A stretch of 59,611 bases of DNA from a virus (Duplodnaviria > Caudoviricetes), in the IMG/VR virus record IMGVR_UViG_3300049434_000096, positions 1-59,611 of that record; one strand, 5' to 3'. Shown here one piece after another: positions 15,603-25,874 of the stretch; position 1 is the first letter of the stretch, and the number at the start of each line of letters is the position of its first letter. The notes beneath the pieces were generated by a model. It made no database searches and was not told the origin of the DNA. It saw only the letters and a program-made list of their open reading frames with translations. Both the position numbers and the translations under genes were made by a program.

Positions 15603-17734
15603 GCCGCCACCGCCACGCTGCAGGTCGTTCCGTCGAACTCGATGCCCCCGCCGCTGGTTGGCAGCGCGGCCCATAGCTCGACGTCGTAGTCGCCGTTGGC
15701 CGGCGCCGCGGTCTGGTTGCAGCTCACCGACCCGGGCGAGGGATTGTCGACGTCGGCGACCGACGTTGAGCCGGTGACGGGTGAGCCGAAGTCGGTCGGC
15801 GAAGCGAAGTTGGTTCCGGCGACGGCGTAGCGCCACTTCAGCGCGGCCGCCTTGGTCCCGCCGCCGATCACATAATATTGGTAGCCGGGCGCGGCGTAGG
15901 CGCGGATCGTCTCGCCCGTTGCCTTGGTGACAGTGATCCGGGCCCCGATCCTGACGTAGGTCGTGCTGCTGATCTGGTCGGTCGGCCCGAACGAGCCGGA
16001 CTTGTTGCCCGTCCCGCCGCCTGTTCCGGTGCCGCCGGTCGGAGGCTCGGCGTCGGCCCGGGTGAACGGGATGCGCTGGACCGGCTGGGCCACCCCGGCG
16101 ACGGTAACGGCGAGGTCGATCCAGCCCGACACTGCGGACATGGCCGTCACCGTGATCTTGCCCTTGTCGACGCTGCCGCCGGTATTGTTGATCGTGGCGG
16201 TGACGTTGACCGGTGTCCCGATCGAATAGGTCGTGGCGGTGTCGGTCCGGATCGAGACGCCGCCCCGGGTCACGATCGGCGTCAGGACGCGCGGGAACGC
16301 GCTCGAGGGAATGACGCCGAGATAATCGGCGCTGAACGTCTGCGGCGGCGGCGCGACGACGGCGATCTGCGTGTTCGCCGTGACGTCGCCGCCCATGATC
16401 GACCAATAGGCGTTCGACGTCGCGGGCAGGGTCGGCGGGGCATGGCCGCTGGCGCGGGTGTCGAACTGCCACAGCCAATTGACGCCCTGGTCCTGCACGA
16501 AATTGCCGTCGGTGTAGATCTCGGTCGCGCTGTAGGCGCCGCGGTCGCGCAGCGGGCCGAACGTCGCGATCTCGTCGGCGCTATGGACGCGCCACGATCG
16601 GGCCCCGCCCATGGCGATGCGCCAATACGGCGTCGAGACGTCGGCCTCGACGTTCTGGGTCACCAGCGGCAGGGCATGACCTTGCGCGTCGAGCGTGATC
16701 GCGGGCGCGCCGGCCGCAACCTGCACCACGAACAGCTTGCCGAGCCAGGAGATGCCGGCCTGGGCGTTGCAGGGCCGAGCAAGGCGGCGCGCCACGTCGA
16801 GCACGCTGGCCTGCTCGGTCAGGTAGAGGTTGATGTAGCCGTGACCCGGCAGCAGCACGTAGAGAGCGTTATCCAGCGCGGCGAGGCTCGTCGTGTCGAT
16901 CAGCGCCGCATCGACTCCGGCGTGGAGCGCGATGCGGGTGACGATGTCGCCCGTCATCCTGAGCCAATTGCCGCTTTCGACGTGGCCGTCGACGTCGGCC
17001 GTGATCAGGCCGTAGGCCGGTGCGCCGAGCCGGATCAGACCTTCGGCGATGCAGGTGCCCCAGCCGCCGCCCGGGATCGTGGCGGCGAGCAAAGCGGCAT
17101 AGCTGGCATAATTGCCGGTCGAGGCGCCGAAGTCCTCGCCGCGCTCGAACAGGGCGACGACGGCCTGGATCGGGCCATAGGCCGAGACCTGGTAGACGTT
17201 GTCGACCGCATTGATGAGCACCGGCTCGACGTTGAGGCAGCGGCCGAACAGCCACGGCTTCGCCTTGCCCTTGAGGTTGGCGTCGCCCTCCGCGCCGCCT
17301 GTTCCGGCATAGGTCGCGGTCAGAGCGTCCGCCTCGAACGGCTCGGTATTGACCGCGGCGGTGAGCTTGAGCGCCGTGCCGTCCGCTTCCCAGCGCTGGA
17401 CCTTGCCGACGAACCAAGTGCCCCACGGCCACGCCGCGCCCGGTTCGCCGCGGTAGAGGGTGACCGGGGCGCCGGCCCAGAGGTAGCGGCCGACATTGGC
17501 ATCGAGGACGCCGCCGAGCTGGAGCGTGAACGCGACTTGCCCCGGCTCGACGTCCGAGCTGAAGTCGCCGTCGAACAGCTTCATCGTCTGCGTCGGCATG
17601 GCCGACATTGCCGGGAACCAGGTCTGGCCGTTCAGGCCGGTAATGTCCCGGTTCTGCGCCGAGGCGGCGCGGACATAGGGCCGGGTATCGGTCGCGGCGT
17701 CGCGCGGGGTGAGCTGGGCGAGCAGGGCCGCCAT
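15599..17734 (-). CDS. Tail tip/hub-like structural protein
   Basis: Directly follows the tape measure gene; GGAEG..LKGKAKP..FG.CLNVEP motif; beta-rich C-terminus. Confidence 0.75.
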   Translation of the reverse strand: MAALLAQLTPRDAATDTRPYVRAASAQNRDITGLNGQTWFPAMSAMPTQTMKLFDGDFSSDVEPGQVAFTLQLGGVLDANVGRYLWAGAPVTLYRGEPGAAWPWGTWFVGKVQRWEADGTALKLTAAVNTEPFEADALTATYAGTGGAEGDANLKGKAKPWLFGRCLNVEPVLINAVDNVYQVSAYGPIQAVVALFERGEDFGASTGNYASYAALLAATIPGGGWGTCIAEGLIRLGAPAYGLITADVDGHVESGNWLRMTGDIVTRIALHAGVDAALIDTTSLAALDNALYVLLPGHGYINLYLTEQASVLDVARRLARPCNAQAGISWLGKLFVVQVAAGAPAITLDAQGHALPLVTQNVEADVSTPYWRIAMGGARSWRVHSADEIATFGPLRDRGAYSATEIYTDGNFVQDQGVNWLWQFDTRASGHAPPTLPATSNAYWSIMGGDVTANTQIAVVAPPPQTFSADYLGVIPSSAFPRVLTPIVTRGGVSIRTDTATTYSIGTPVNVTATINNTGGSVDKGKITVTAMSAVSGWIDLAVTVAGVAQPVQRIPFTRADAEPPTGGTGTGGGTGNKSGSFGPTDQISSTTYVRIGARITVTKATGETIRAYAAPGYQYYVIGGGTKAAALKWRYAVAGTNFASPTDFGSPVTGSTSVADVDNPSPGSVSCNQTAAPANGDYDVELWAALPTSGGGIEFDGTTCSVAVAA

Positions 17735-20700
17735 TAGAAGTTCACGATCGCGCCGTAGTCGTGGGACGGCTCGCCGCCGGCCGACGCGCCCTGGCGGACC
17801 AGCGCGCCGACATTGTCATTGAGCGCGTCGAGCCGGCCGCCGAGCTCGGAGACCAGCACGCCGCCGAGCCGGTCGATCGCGGTGACGGTCTGGGTGTCGC
17901 CCGCCGTCACGGTGTCGGCGCCGAGCGGGCCGGGCCGGGCCGTGACGATCGAGATCAAATTCTCCTGCCCGGCCAGCGCGTCGCGGGTCAGGCGCGTCAC
18001 TTCGTCCAGCGCCTGGAAATACGGGTTGGTCGAGCCCGAAATCTGCCGCTGCAATTCAAGGACGAGCCGCGCCGCCTCGGCGAAGGCGTCGTAATCGACG
18101 GTCCGGTCCCCGGCCGCGACGCGCGTCGCGAGCGGGTCATATTTGGCATGGGCGGCGGCGAGGCGCTCCCTAAGCGAGATGGCGTCGTTGTTGACGGTGA
18201 GGTCGTCGAGCAGGGACTTCAGCGCCGACGTCATCCGCTGGCCCGCCTGCGTGATCGCATCGGCTCGTTCCAGCGCGTAGAGCTGCTCGAGCTGGGCATA
18301 TTCCTCGGCGCTGGCCCCGGCATCGGCAAAGACGCGCTTCAGGTTGGCGAATTCCTTGTCGAGGGTGTCGAGCGCGGCACCGACCGGATCGAGCCGGGCC
18401 TTGAGCCGCTCGAACACGCCCTCGAACTTGAGGGCTTTCTCTATTCCGCTATCGATGTCCTTGGCGGCGCGGAGCAGGGTCTGCGTGCCTTGGCGCAGGC
18501 CCTCGATTACGCCATCCTTGATCAGGTCCAGCACGGCGGCGCGGACCGCGGCCTCGGCATCCTCGCCGAAGTCGATCGCGCCCTTCTTGGTCTTGGTAAT
18601 GCCGCGCCCGGTCGGGTCGACCCGGTACTTGCCGTCGCGCATCCCGATGGAAACGGCGCCGGCCGCCGCGTTGACCGAGCCGCCGAACAGCTCGGCGATA
18701 CGCGCCACGGTGGAAAGCACGGAGTCGGCCGCTGTCGTAGTTTGGCCCCGCACGGTGCGCGACCCGGTCGAGCCGGTCACGGCAAGGTTGCCGCCCGCTC
18801 CGGCACCGATCGTCGAGGAGGCGCGCGGCGGGGAGAAGAACAGGGAGCCGAGCGCCGTGCCGGCGACGCCGAATGCGGAGAGCGGATTCTGCCGCAGCCC
18901 CAGCAGGCCTTCGAGCTTGGTCTGGATCGGCTTGAAAAAGGCGTTGTACATCGAGGCGCCTTCCAGCGCGCCGCTGATCAGGTTGCCGATCGTCGCGCCG
19001 AACCGCTCGCCGAACACTTGGGTCGCAAGCTCGGTCGCCATGATCCTGGCGAACTGGCGCGGGCTCATCCGCTCGGTCGGATCGGTGCCGCGCTGGGCCG
19101 TGACGACGATGTCGCCGTTGTCGTTCGCCGCAGCGGCTCGGGCGGCGCTGTCCATCGAGGCGCGGCTCAGCACGTTCGCCAGCGCCTCCCCGGCCCGGGG
19201 AGCGGCATCGCTGAGACTGGCGATGACGGCGTCGAGGTCGTGCAGCCCGGTGCCGAGACGCTCGATCGCCGCCGTGGTCTGAGCCGCCTGCTCAGGGAAC
19301 CGGAACGTCGCCGGGTCGACATCGCGGCCGGCGACCCTGACCCGGTAGTGGAGGTGCGGCCCGGTCGCATGGCCGGTCTCCCCGACGTTTCCGACCACAT
19401 CGCCCGCCGTGACGGTCTGCCCGGCGCGCAGCGAGGATTGGCGGATCAGGTGCGAATAAGACGAAACGATGCCGCCGCCATGGTCGATGACAACGTTGTA
19501 GCCGCTGCGCGCGTCGTAGCCGACCGTGACGACCCGGCCCGAAGCGCGCGACGTGACGGCGGTGCCGAGTGCGGCCGCGATGTCGAGGCCGGCCGAGTTG
19601 CGCGCGAGATGCTGGGCGAAGGTGTTGGTGATGCGGCCCTGAACCGGCAGGCCGGATAGCGAGCGCGATGCGGCGGCGCCGACACCGCTCGCCGCCGCCG
19701 ACGGGACGGCGGACAGCCGGTCCGCCGCGACGTCCACGGCCGAGCCGAACCGTCCGAGCCGGTCGATGACCTGGTCGATCGTGTTGATCTCGGTCCGGTG
19801 CGCCGTGCCGAGATTGGCCATTTCGGCGCGCACCGTTCCGATCGAGCCAGCCATCTCCTCATTGGCCTGCCGGACTCTGTCCCGCCCGGTGATCTGATCC
19901 TCGAGCTGGCGGAACGTGTTGCCGAACAGGCGCTCGACCAAGGCCTCGGCACTAAGCTGTCGGTAGGCTTGCGCGATGCCGGAGATGCTCGACAGGGCGT
20001 GCGCCGGCGCTGCGGCGATGTCGACGAGGCTGGAGCGGACCTGCCCGGCGAAGTTGAGATAGAGCTGCTGTCGGGCGCGAATGATTTCGAGCTGCCGGGC
20101 CTGCTCGCTCAGCGCGACGACGCTGGCGAGGATGACCTGCTTGCGCTCCTCGCCGAGCGGGCCGAGCTGCTCCTCGAGCCGGTGGATGATGCCGAGCGCA
20201 TCGGCCTCCTCCTGCCGGCCCTGCGCGACGAGCTGGCCGACTGCATAGGAGCGGACCTGATCGGCGAGGAACTCGCGATAGGGCCGGACCAGCGCGTCGG
20301 TCACGGTCTGGCCAGCCGCGGCGATGCGGGGCGCAAGGTCGGGGAATTGCTGCGCCGCCGCTTCCAGCTGCTCCAGCGCCAGCGTTGCGCGCTGAACCAG
20401 CTTCGGCGCCTCGCCGAAACCTTCCGTGATCTGCCGGATCAGCCCGTCGCGGATCGAGGCGCGCGCCGTCTCGGCGCCGCGTTGCATCTCGTCGAAGCGG
20501 GGCAGCTTGCGGCGCTGCGCCTCGGCCAGGACCTGGTCGAGCTCGCGCACGGCCTGAACCGCGCGGTCGACGAGCCGGGGCTGGTCGTTCCACGCCTCGT
20601 TGATGCGCGTGATCTGCTCGATCGAGGAGGAGGCCTGCTCGGGGCGGTGGTCTTCGCGCGGGCGGCGCTCATGACCGGTGCGGCGGAGCGAGGGATCGAG

Positions 20701-22044
20701 ACGCCCTTCGTCGAGCGAGCGCGTGGTCAGCTCCGCAATTCGCTGGTTCGCCTGTCCGCGGGCTTGGTCGATGACCGCCTGCCGGAAGTCGTGGGCGGAG
20801 AGGCCGGCCGAGCTACGGGCAAAATCGGGCCGCGCGCTCGCGGCGAGCGCGGCGTTGCGCGCCGCCTCCAGCGCCGTTTCCGCGCTCCGGCGCGCTGCGT
20901 CTCCGCTGGCCGCGTCGAGCCGCTGCTGCGCATTCTCGATGGCCTGCAACAGCTGCCGCTGCTCGCCGGCTGCTCGTTCCAGAGATTCGAGACGCTGGCC
21001 CGGCGTGCTGCCGCGCAACGGAGAGAGGTAGGCGCCGATATTTTCGCCTATCGAGGTCGGCTCGGTGCCCTCGCGGAACAGCCGTCGGGCGTTCTCCTCC
21101 TGCTCCATTCCCTGCAATTGGAGGTTGAGGGCCGTCACCCGGGCATTGAGCCGCATCAACTCGATATGCTCGCGCAACGCGCCGGCCTGATCGCGCAGCT
21201 TACCGGTCGTCATGTCGAAAATCTCGCCGAGCGCGCTTTGCGCCTCGCCAAGCCCGTCGGTCGCGTGCTGAGCGTCCTCGGCCGCGCTAGAGGTGCGGTT
21301 GAGGCCTTGGATTAGGTAGCCGAGCGCGGCGACTCCGAGGAAGATCGCGGTGCCCCACGGCCCGGCGATGAACCGGCCGAATGCCGCCGCGCGCCCGGTC
21401 ATCTGCGACATCGCGAATCCAAGTTGCGAGCCTTGCTGAACAAGTATAGTTAAAGCGGATGTTCCCATCTGCGCTTGGATAGCCACATCTTGAAGCTGTT
21501 GCCCAACTTGGACCATAGCAAATCTCGACGCTCTCGCACTATTTGAGTAGGCATCTTGTGAATTGACTAGTTGCCTGTTAGCTCCAATTACTGCGGTGGT
21601 GCGCGACGCGGTCTGGTTCAGCTCGGCCTGGACCCGCTCCATCGAGGTGGCGAATTGATTTTCGGCGGCCGCGTTATCCGCCGCCTGGATCGCCGCGGCC
21701 CGATAGGCCTGAATGAGGACGCGAGTCTGCTCCGACATGTCGCCCGTGGCGCGCGCCGCACGTTCGGCGGCCGTCGCGACCTCACGCAGCGCGATGGCCT
21801 GAGCGTCGGCCGCTTGTGCCGCGGCCCGATATTGTCCGACGCCGAGGTCAAGGGAGCCGCCGGCGTTGCGGGGCATGGTGAGGGCGCGCTGGGCGATGCC
21901 CTGGATTTCGGAGAAGCTGGTCTCAAACTGGCGCCGGGTGCGATCGGCCGAGGCTGCGGCCTGCTGCTCGAACTGCGCAAAGCCGCTCCCCGGCCGGTAC
22001 TCATCGGTGATGAATGCCGGGAAAATCGAGCTGCGGGAGGCCAC
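17734..22044 (-). CDS. Tape measure protein with internal M23 peptidase domain
   Basis: 1436 aa, Ala-rich helical; lambda-type VGQQLQD..VQQGSQL block; AGLDIAA..SSYSHL..TGPHLHY. Confidence 0.9.
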   Translation of the reverse strand: MASRSSIFPAFITDEYRPGSGFAQFEQQAAASADRTRRQFETSFSEIQGIAQRALTMPRNAGGSLDLGVGQYRAAAQAADAQAIALREVATAAERAARATGDMSEQTRVLIQAYRAAAIQAADNAAAENQFATSMERVQAELNQTASRTTAVIGANRQLVNSQDAYSNSARASRFAMVQVGQQLQDVAIQAQMGTSALTILVQQGSQLGFAMSQMTGRAAAFGRFIAGPWGTAIFLGVAALGYLIQGLNRTSSAAEDAQHATDGLGEAQSALGEIFDMTTGKLRDQAGALREHIELMRLNARVTALNLQLQGMEQEENARRLFREGTEPTSIGENIGAYLSPLRGSTPGQRLESLERAAGEQRQLLQAIENAQQRLDAASGDAARRSAETALEAARNAALAASARPDFARSSAGLSAHDFRQAVIDQARGQANQRIAELTTRSLDEGRLDPSLRRTGHERRPREDHRPEQASSSIEQITRINEAWNDQPRLVDRAVQAVRELDQVLAEAQRRKLPRFDEMQRGAETARASIRDGLIRQITEGFGEAPKLVQRATLALEQLEAAAQQFPDLAPRIAAAGQTVTDALVRPYREFLADQVRSYAVGQLVAQGRQEEADALGIIHRLEEQLGPLGEERKQVILASVVALSEQARQLEIIRARQQLYLNFAGQVRSSLVDIAAAPAHALSSISGIAQAYRQLSAEALVERLFGNTFRQLEDQITGRDRVRQANEEMAGSIGTVRAEMANLGTAHRTEINTIDQVIDRLGRFGSAVDVAADRLSAVPSAAASGVGAAASRSLSGLPVQGRITNTFAQHLARNSAGLDIAAALGTAVTSRASGRVVTVGYDARSGYNVVIDHGGGIVSSYSHLIRQSSLRAGQTVTAGDVVGNVGETGHATGPHLHYRVRVAGRDVDPATFRFPEQAAQTTAAIERLGTGLHDLDAVIASLSDAAPRAGEALANVLSRASMDSAARAAAANDNGDIVVTAQRGTDPTERMSPRQFARIMATELATQVFGERFGATIGNLISGALEGASMYNAFFKPIQTKLEGLLGLRQNPLSAFGVAGTALGSLFFSPPRASSTIGAGAGGNLAVTGSTGSRTVRGQTTTAADSVLSTVARIAELFGGSVNAAAGAVSIGMRDGKYRVDPTGRGITKTKKGAIDFGEDAEAAVRAAVLDLIKDGVIEGLRQGTQTLLRAAKDIDSGIEKALKFEGVFERLKARLDPVGAALDTLDKEFANLKRVFADAGASAEEYAQLEQLYALERADAITQAGQRMTSALKSLLDDLTVNNDAISLRERLAAAHAKYDPLATRVAAGDRTVDYDAFAEAARLVLELQRQISGSTNPYFQALDEVTRLTRDALAGQENLISIVTARPGPLGADTVTAGDTQTVTAIDRLGGVLVSELGGRLDALNDNVGALVRQGASAGGEPSHDYGAIVNF

Positions 22045-22047
22045 TTG

Positions 22048-22758
22048 CTACCTTTCGAAGCCGTCGCGGGCCATGGCGGCGATCCGATATTCGGAGAGCC
22101 TGGCCTGCTCGAGCGAGATGATCTGGCGCGCGTCGACGGATGCCGAGCGCGAGGTGTTGCGGATGCCGACGAACGCGACGATGAAATCCCGGCGTTCGCG
22201 GCTGCCGCCGATCGCGCCGCGACGGGGCAGGCGCCGGGCCCGCCCGCGCCGGCCGAACCGATCGACCGTGACGCTGCGCACGATGAGCAGAGCTTCGCCG
22301 CGGTGGCGGCCCGGAATCTGGACCAGCGGCCCGATCCGGTTTTCGAGGCCGGAGCGCCGATACAGCGCCGGCGTCATCCGGTAGCGGCCCGCGCGACGCG
22401 GGATCTCGTCGGTCGCGATCCAGAGGAACGGGCCTTTGATAGGCCTGATCTCGGCCCCCTCGGTCGCCGAGATGACGGCGCCGACGGTGCGCTCGGATTT
22501 GCCGCGAATGGCGACCCAGCCCGATGCCCGATAGCCCTCGGCGCCGCGCCGATGCACTCCTCGCCCCTTGCGAAGATCCGATCCTGAGGTAATCGCCCCA
22601 CCGAGCCGGCCGGGCATCGCCGCCTTGATCTGGGCAGCGGCGGCGCGCGCGGCTTGGTCCGTGGCCTTCAGCGACGCCTGCTCCATCCGCTGGATCGAAT
22701 GGCGCCGAAACTCGGCGAACTGGCCCGGGCGCCCGATCCCGAACCCCCGACCCGCCAT
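22048..22758 (-). CDS. Arg-rich hypothetical protein (tail completion-like)
   Basis: Position between the chaperone and tape measure genes; basic. Confidence 0.55.
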   Translation of the reverse strand: MAGRGFGIGRPGQFAEFRRHSIQRMEQASLKATDQAARAAAAQIKAAMPGRLGGAITSGSDLRKGRGVHRRGAEGYRASGWVAIRGKSERTVGAVISATEGAEIRPIKGPFLWIATDEIPRRAGRYRMTPALYRRSGLENRIGPLVQIPGRHRGEALLIVRSVTVDRFGRRGRARRLPRRGAIGGSRERRDFIVAFVGIRNTSRSASVDARQIISLEQARLSEYRIAAMARDGFER

Positions 22759-22759
22759 C

Positions 22760-23155
22760 TCACCCACCCTTCTTCTGATCGTATTTCTGAAGCGTCGCCC
22801 CGATCACGCCGAACGCCGCGACGAGCTTGACCGGCTGGTCGAGCAGGACGCGGCCGTCGGGCCATTCCGTGCCGGCCAGGCCACCGCTGCAATGGCGATA
22901 CAGCCGGACCAGATGCCAGTCCTGCGGCCCGACCAGCTCGGCGAAGGTCCGCTTGCCGGTCGAGACGGTGCACTCGGCGCCGTTCTCGTCGGTCAGGCTG
23001 TTGCCGAGGGCGTCCTTGAGGACTTGGACAATCTGGCCCGCTTTGATTTGGAACTCGCCGACGTCTTCGACTTGGCAGCCGCCGTTGGCTTCGACGGTGT
23101 CAGCGTCGAACCATTCAGGGCGGGCGTCGAGGGCGGCGGCGAGACGGAGTTTTTT
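22760..23155 (-). CDS. -1 frameshift extension of the tail assembly chaperone (gpGT analogue)
   Basis: In-frame A-AAA-AAC at 23155-23149; the -1 frame stays open to 22760 (KKLRLAAALDARPEWF...LLDQPVKL). Confidence 0.8.
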   Translation of the reverse strand, partial: KKLRLAAALDARPEWFDADTVEANGGCQVEDVGEFQIKAGQIVQVLKDALGNSLTDENGAECTVSTGKRTFAELVGPQDWHLVRLYRHCSGGLAGTEWPDGRVLLDQPVKLVAAFGVIGATLQKYDQKKGG

Positions 23156-23778
23156 CTTTCCGTCTCCGTCAGCAAGAGGCGGAGATAGGCGGCGCTGGCG
23201 ACTTCGGCGAAGGCGGTTCCGGGCTTGCCGACGCCTTCGACCTTGGCCTCGCCGGCCTTTTTCTCCATCCCCGCCAGCTCGGTCTCGACATCGTCGATCC
23301 GCAGCAGGGGGACAGAGCCGGACTCGCGGAGATAAGCCGTCTCCAGCCCGGTCCAGCCCACCACGAACATGCTCGCCGCGATACGGCCGCTTTCGTCGCT
23401 GAAGCGCTGGTTGTCGGCCGCCATGGCGCTGAGAGGGGGCCAGGCCCGCATCAGGCGGCGCGTCAGCTCGGCGACGAACTCGGCTTCGACGACGTCGGGC
23501 TCTCCCTTCTGGTCGCACAGGGTCCAATAGGATACGAGCCGCGCCGCGTTGGCGGGATAATCGTCGACCGACCAGAGCGCCGCCAGCCCCTTCAGCATCT
23601 CGGCGCGGAACGCCTCGGTGCTGTAGAACTGGAGCCCTTCGGCCATGAGCCGATATTCGAACTTCCGCAACTCGCGCCCGTTCGCCGGTCTGAGCAGGAA
23701 GACCGGCGGGACGGGGGCGTTCTTAAGCGAGGGTGGAGTGAATTCCTCCAACTCGTCGGTTGAGGCCGGTACGGCCAT
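22993..23778 (-). CDS. Tail assembly chaperone (gpG analogue)
   Basis: Follows tail tube gene; GAGGG SD; contains slippery site. Confidence 0.75.
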   Translation of the reverse strand: MAVPASTDELEEFTPPSLKNAPVPPVFLLRPANGRELRKFEYRLMAEGLQFYSTEAFRAEMLKGLAALWSVDDYPANAARLVSYWTLCDQKGEPDVVEAEFVAELTRRLMRAWPPLSAMAADNQRFSDESGRIAASMFVVGWTGLETAYLRESGSVPLLRIDDVETELAGMEKKAGEAKVEGVGKPGTAFAEVASAAYLRLLLTETERKNSVSPPPSTPALNGSTLTPSKPTAAAKSKTSASSKSKRARLSKSSRTPSATA

Positions 23779-23798
23779 TTTGTGTCCCCTCAGGTGAA

Positions 23799-24986
23799 TT
23801 AATAGCCGGTCGGGAAGACCAGCCCGATCGTCTTCTCCGCCCCGTCGACATAGGCGTCGCCCTGGGTCGTGAAGAAGTCGCCGCCGGCCTGCGTCTCCGG
23901 AAAGTTGAACCGGGCGTCGGTCGCGACGAAGCCGACATAATTGCCGGCGGCGAGGCCGTAGAGCGCCTGGATCGGATAGCTGGTCTGCGCGGCCGCGGCG
24001 GCGAGGAAGTCGAAATACGACGGGGCCTGCTGGTTGAGCGAAAGCTGAAGCGACCGCCTCGTCTCGGTGAGCTGGGCCGGATCGAAGCCGTTGGTCTTGT
24101 TCGGGTTGGGCGGGAAGCCGGCCTTGATGCCGAGGTCGAGCGAGATCGAGGAGCCGCCCATGGCGAGGCCGGCGATGTGGAGTTTGCCGCCCTTGAATGG
24201 GGGAATAGCGAGGGTCGAGCTGACCACGGGCGCGGCTTCGGCGAGGTTGCTGTAGGCGTCGCCGGTGAACGTGACCGACAACTTGGGATAGTCGGAATTG
24301 CCGGGCGCGCTGGTCGGGAACATGAGCCGCGCGCTGGACGGCGCCATGTCGACGAAATTGTAGCGCCGGCTGCCCTGCCACAGCGCGAGGCTCAGCACCG
24401 GCGGCGTGCCGGTGGAGGCGAGCGTGTAGGCGAGCTGCTTGGGGATCTGGTAATTGCCGGTCGGGGCGCCGGCGAGCGTTTGGGCGAGACCGGCGGCCTT
24501 GGCGGCGCTGTAGGAGCGGATCATCACGAAGCCGGTCGGTGCGGCCCCTTCGCTGGCGAGCAGGAGCGCCAGGCCCTTGTAGAGGTCCAGCGTCCCGACG
24601 GCGGTCGCGCCGAGTGTTGCGACGGTCGTGGTCGAGCCGCCGCCAAGAGCCTCCGGCGCCGCCGGGATGGCGGAGGAAAGGATGTTCTCGGTGAAGCCGA
24701 GCGCCCGCAGGACGCGGCCGGGGATGAACGCGTCGGCGGCGGGCGGTGCCGCACCGCCGGGACCGCGCAGGAGAATGTCGAAGGTGACGTCGTAGGTCGC
24801 GCCGAGGACGATCGGACCGTTGCGGTGTATCGTGCCCGTATATTCCGGATTGTCGGTCTGGATCGCGTTCGGCCGCCAGGAAAGGTTGGCGACGGGAATC
24901 GCGTCCGCGCTGGTCGGCGAGGCATAGGTGGCGGGCGCGCTCTGCGCCTTGATGGCGAGCGCGGAAAGGGCCGTGAGGTCGGTCAT
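23799..24986 (-). CDS. Major tail tube protein
   Basis: AAGGAG SD; position and beta-rich composition. Confidence 0.75.
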   Translation of the reverse strand: MTDLTALSALAIKAQSAPATYASPTSADAIPVANLSWRPNAIQTDNPEYTGTIHRNGPIVLGATYDVTFDILLRGPGGAAPPAADAFIPGRVLRALGFTENILSSAIPAAPEALGGGSTTTVATLGATAVGTLDLYKGLALLLASEGAAPTGFVMIRSYSAAKAAGLAQTLAGAPTGNYQIPKQLAYTLASTGTPPVLSLALWQGSRRYNFVDMAPSSARLMFPTSAPGNSDYPKLSVTFTGDAYSNLAEAAPVVSSTLAIPPFKGGKLHIAGLAMGGSSISLDLGIKAGFPPNPNKTNGFDPAQLTETRRSLQLSLNQQAPSYFDFLAAAAAQTSYPIQALYGLAAGNYVGFVATDARFNFPETQAGGDFFTTQGDAYVDGAEKTIGLVFPTGY

Positions 24987-25010
24987 GGCGGGAAGCTCCT
25001 TGGAGAGGGA

Positions 25011-25385
25011 CTATTCGGCGGGCGCGTCGGGCGAGGCGATCGGCGTGCCGTCGCGCATCGCCTCAATCGCCTCGCGCATGCGGGCGTTGCTCGCTTCGGC
25101 GAAGGGGACGGCGTTGCCGTCGGAGTCCTGCGCCCATTGAACGTTTTCGGCCGCGCTAGCGGCGACCAGCGCGTCCTTGTTCAGGCCGACGAGGCTGGGC
25201 AGGGCGGCGGCGGACTCGGCGGCGCGGGCCTGCGCCTCGTCGGCGGACAAAGCCAGCGTGCCCTCCACGATCGCGGCGTTGCGCGCCTTGTCGGCGGCAT
25301 GACCGGCGGCGAGCGCGTCATTGAGCGCGTTGAAATCGATGCTGGCGGGCGGCAGCGGAACGGCGTCGGCATGGACTTCGGCCAT
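25011..25385 (-). CDS. Hypothetical Ala-rich protein
   Basis: AAGGAG SD. Confidence 0.6.
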   Translation of the reverse strand: MAEVHADAVPLPPASIDFNALNDALAAGHAADKARNAAIVEGTLALSADEAQARAAESAAALPSLVGLNKDALVAASAAENVQWAQDSDGNAVPFAEASNARMREAIEAMRDGTPIASPDAPAE

Positions 25386-25405
25386 GATGGTCTCCTTGGG
25401 TCGGG

Positions 25406-25873
25406 TCAGGGAACAAGCCCCGCCGCGCCGATGATCGTGCGGTGATCGCCGAGCGGGGTCAGGAACAGGATGGTGATCGACAAGGGCCGCGAGCCCTCGT
25501 CGCAAAGCACGTCTTCGCCGCCGCCGGACGAGTCGACATCGATGTCCTGCGCCAAGCCGCCGAGCGTGCGGTCGGCCCAGAGCGCGGCGACTATGTCGGC
25601 CTCCATCTCCCGCAGCCGCGCGCCGTTGGTCGACGCCGCCTCGACCGCAACGATCATGTCGAGGTCGATCTGGGCGCGGTGGAGCACCTCGTTTTGCGAA
25701 TGCTGCTCGAACTGCGTCCGGCGCTGGAGAATGTTGATCGCGCCGGTGGCAAGCTCGGCATTCTCGAACGGATTGTCGTCGGCCCGGTCGGTTTCGATTA
25801 GGCCAGCCGCTCCGTCCAGCGCCGTTTCCAGATTCGCCAGAACCTTCGAGAGCGCGGCGACCGGATCGGGCAT
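25406..25873 (-). CDS. Tail terminator-like protein
   Basis: ALWADRTLGGLA motif; position. Confidence 0.7.
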   Translation of the reverse strand: MPDPVAALSKVLANLETALDGAAGLIETDRADDNPFENAELATGAINILQRRTQFEQHSQNEVLHRAQIDLDMIVAVEAASTNGARLREMEADIVAALWADRTLGGLAQDIDVDSSGGGEDVLCDEGSRPLSITILFLTPLGDHRTIIGAAGLVP

Positions 25874-25874
25874 G

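Noticed and set aside
15878-21315. Long + strand ORFs (619, 632, 505 aa) opposite the tail genes
   Set aside because: Antisense shadows typical of high-GC coding DNA; no motifs.
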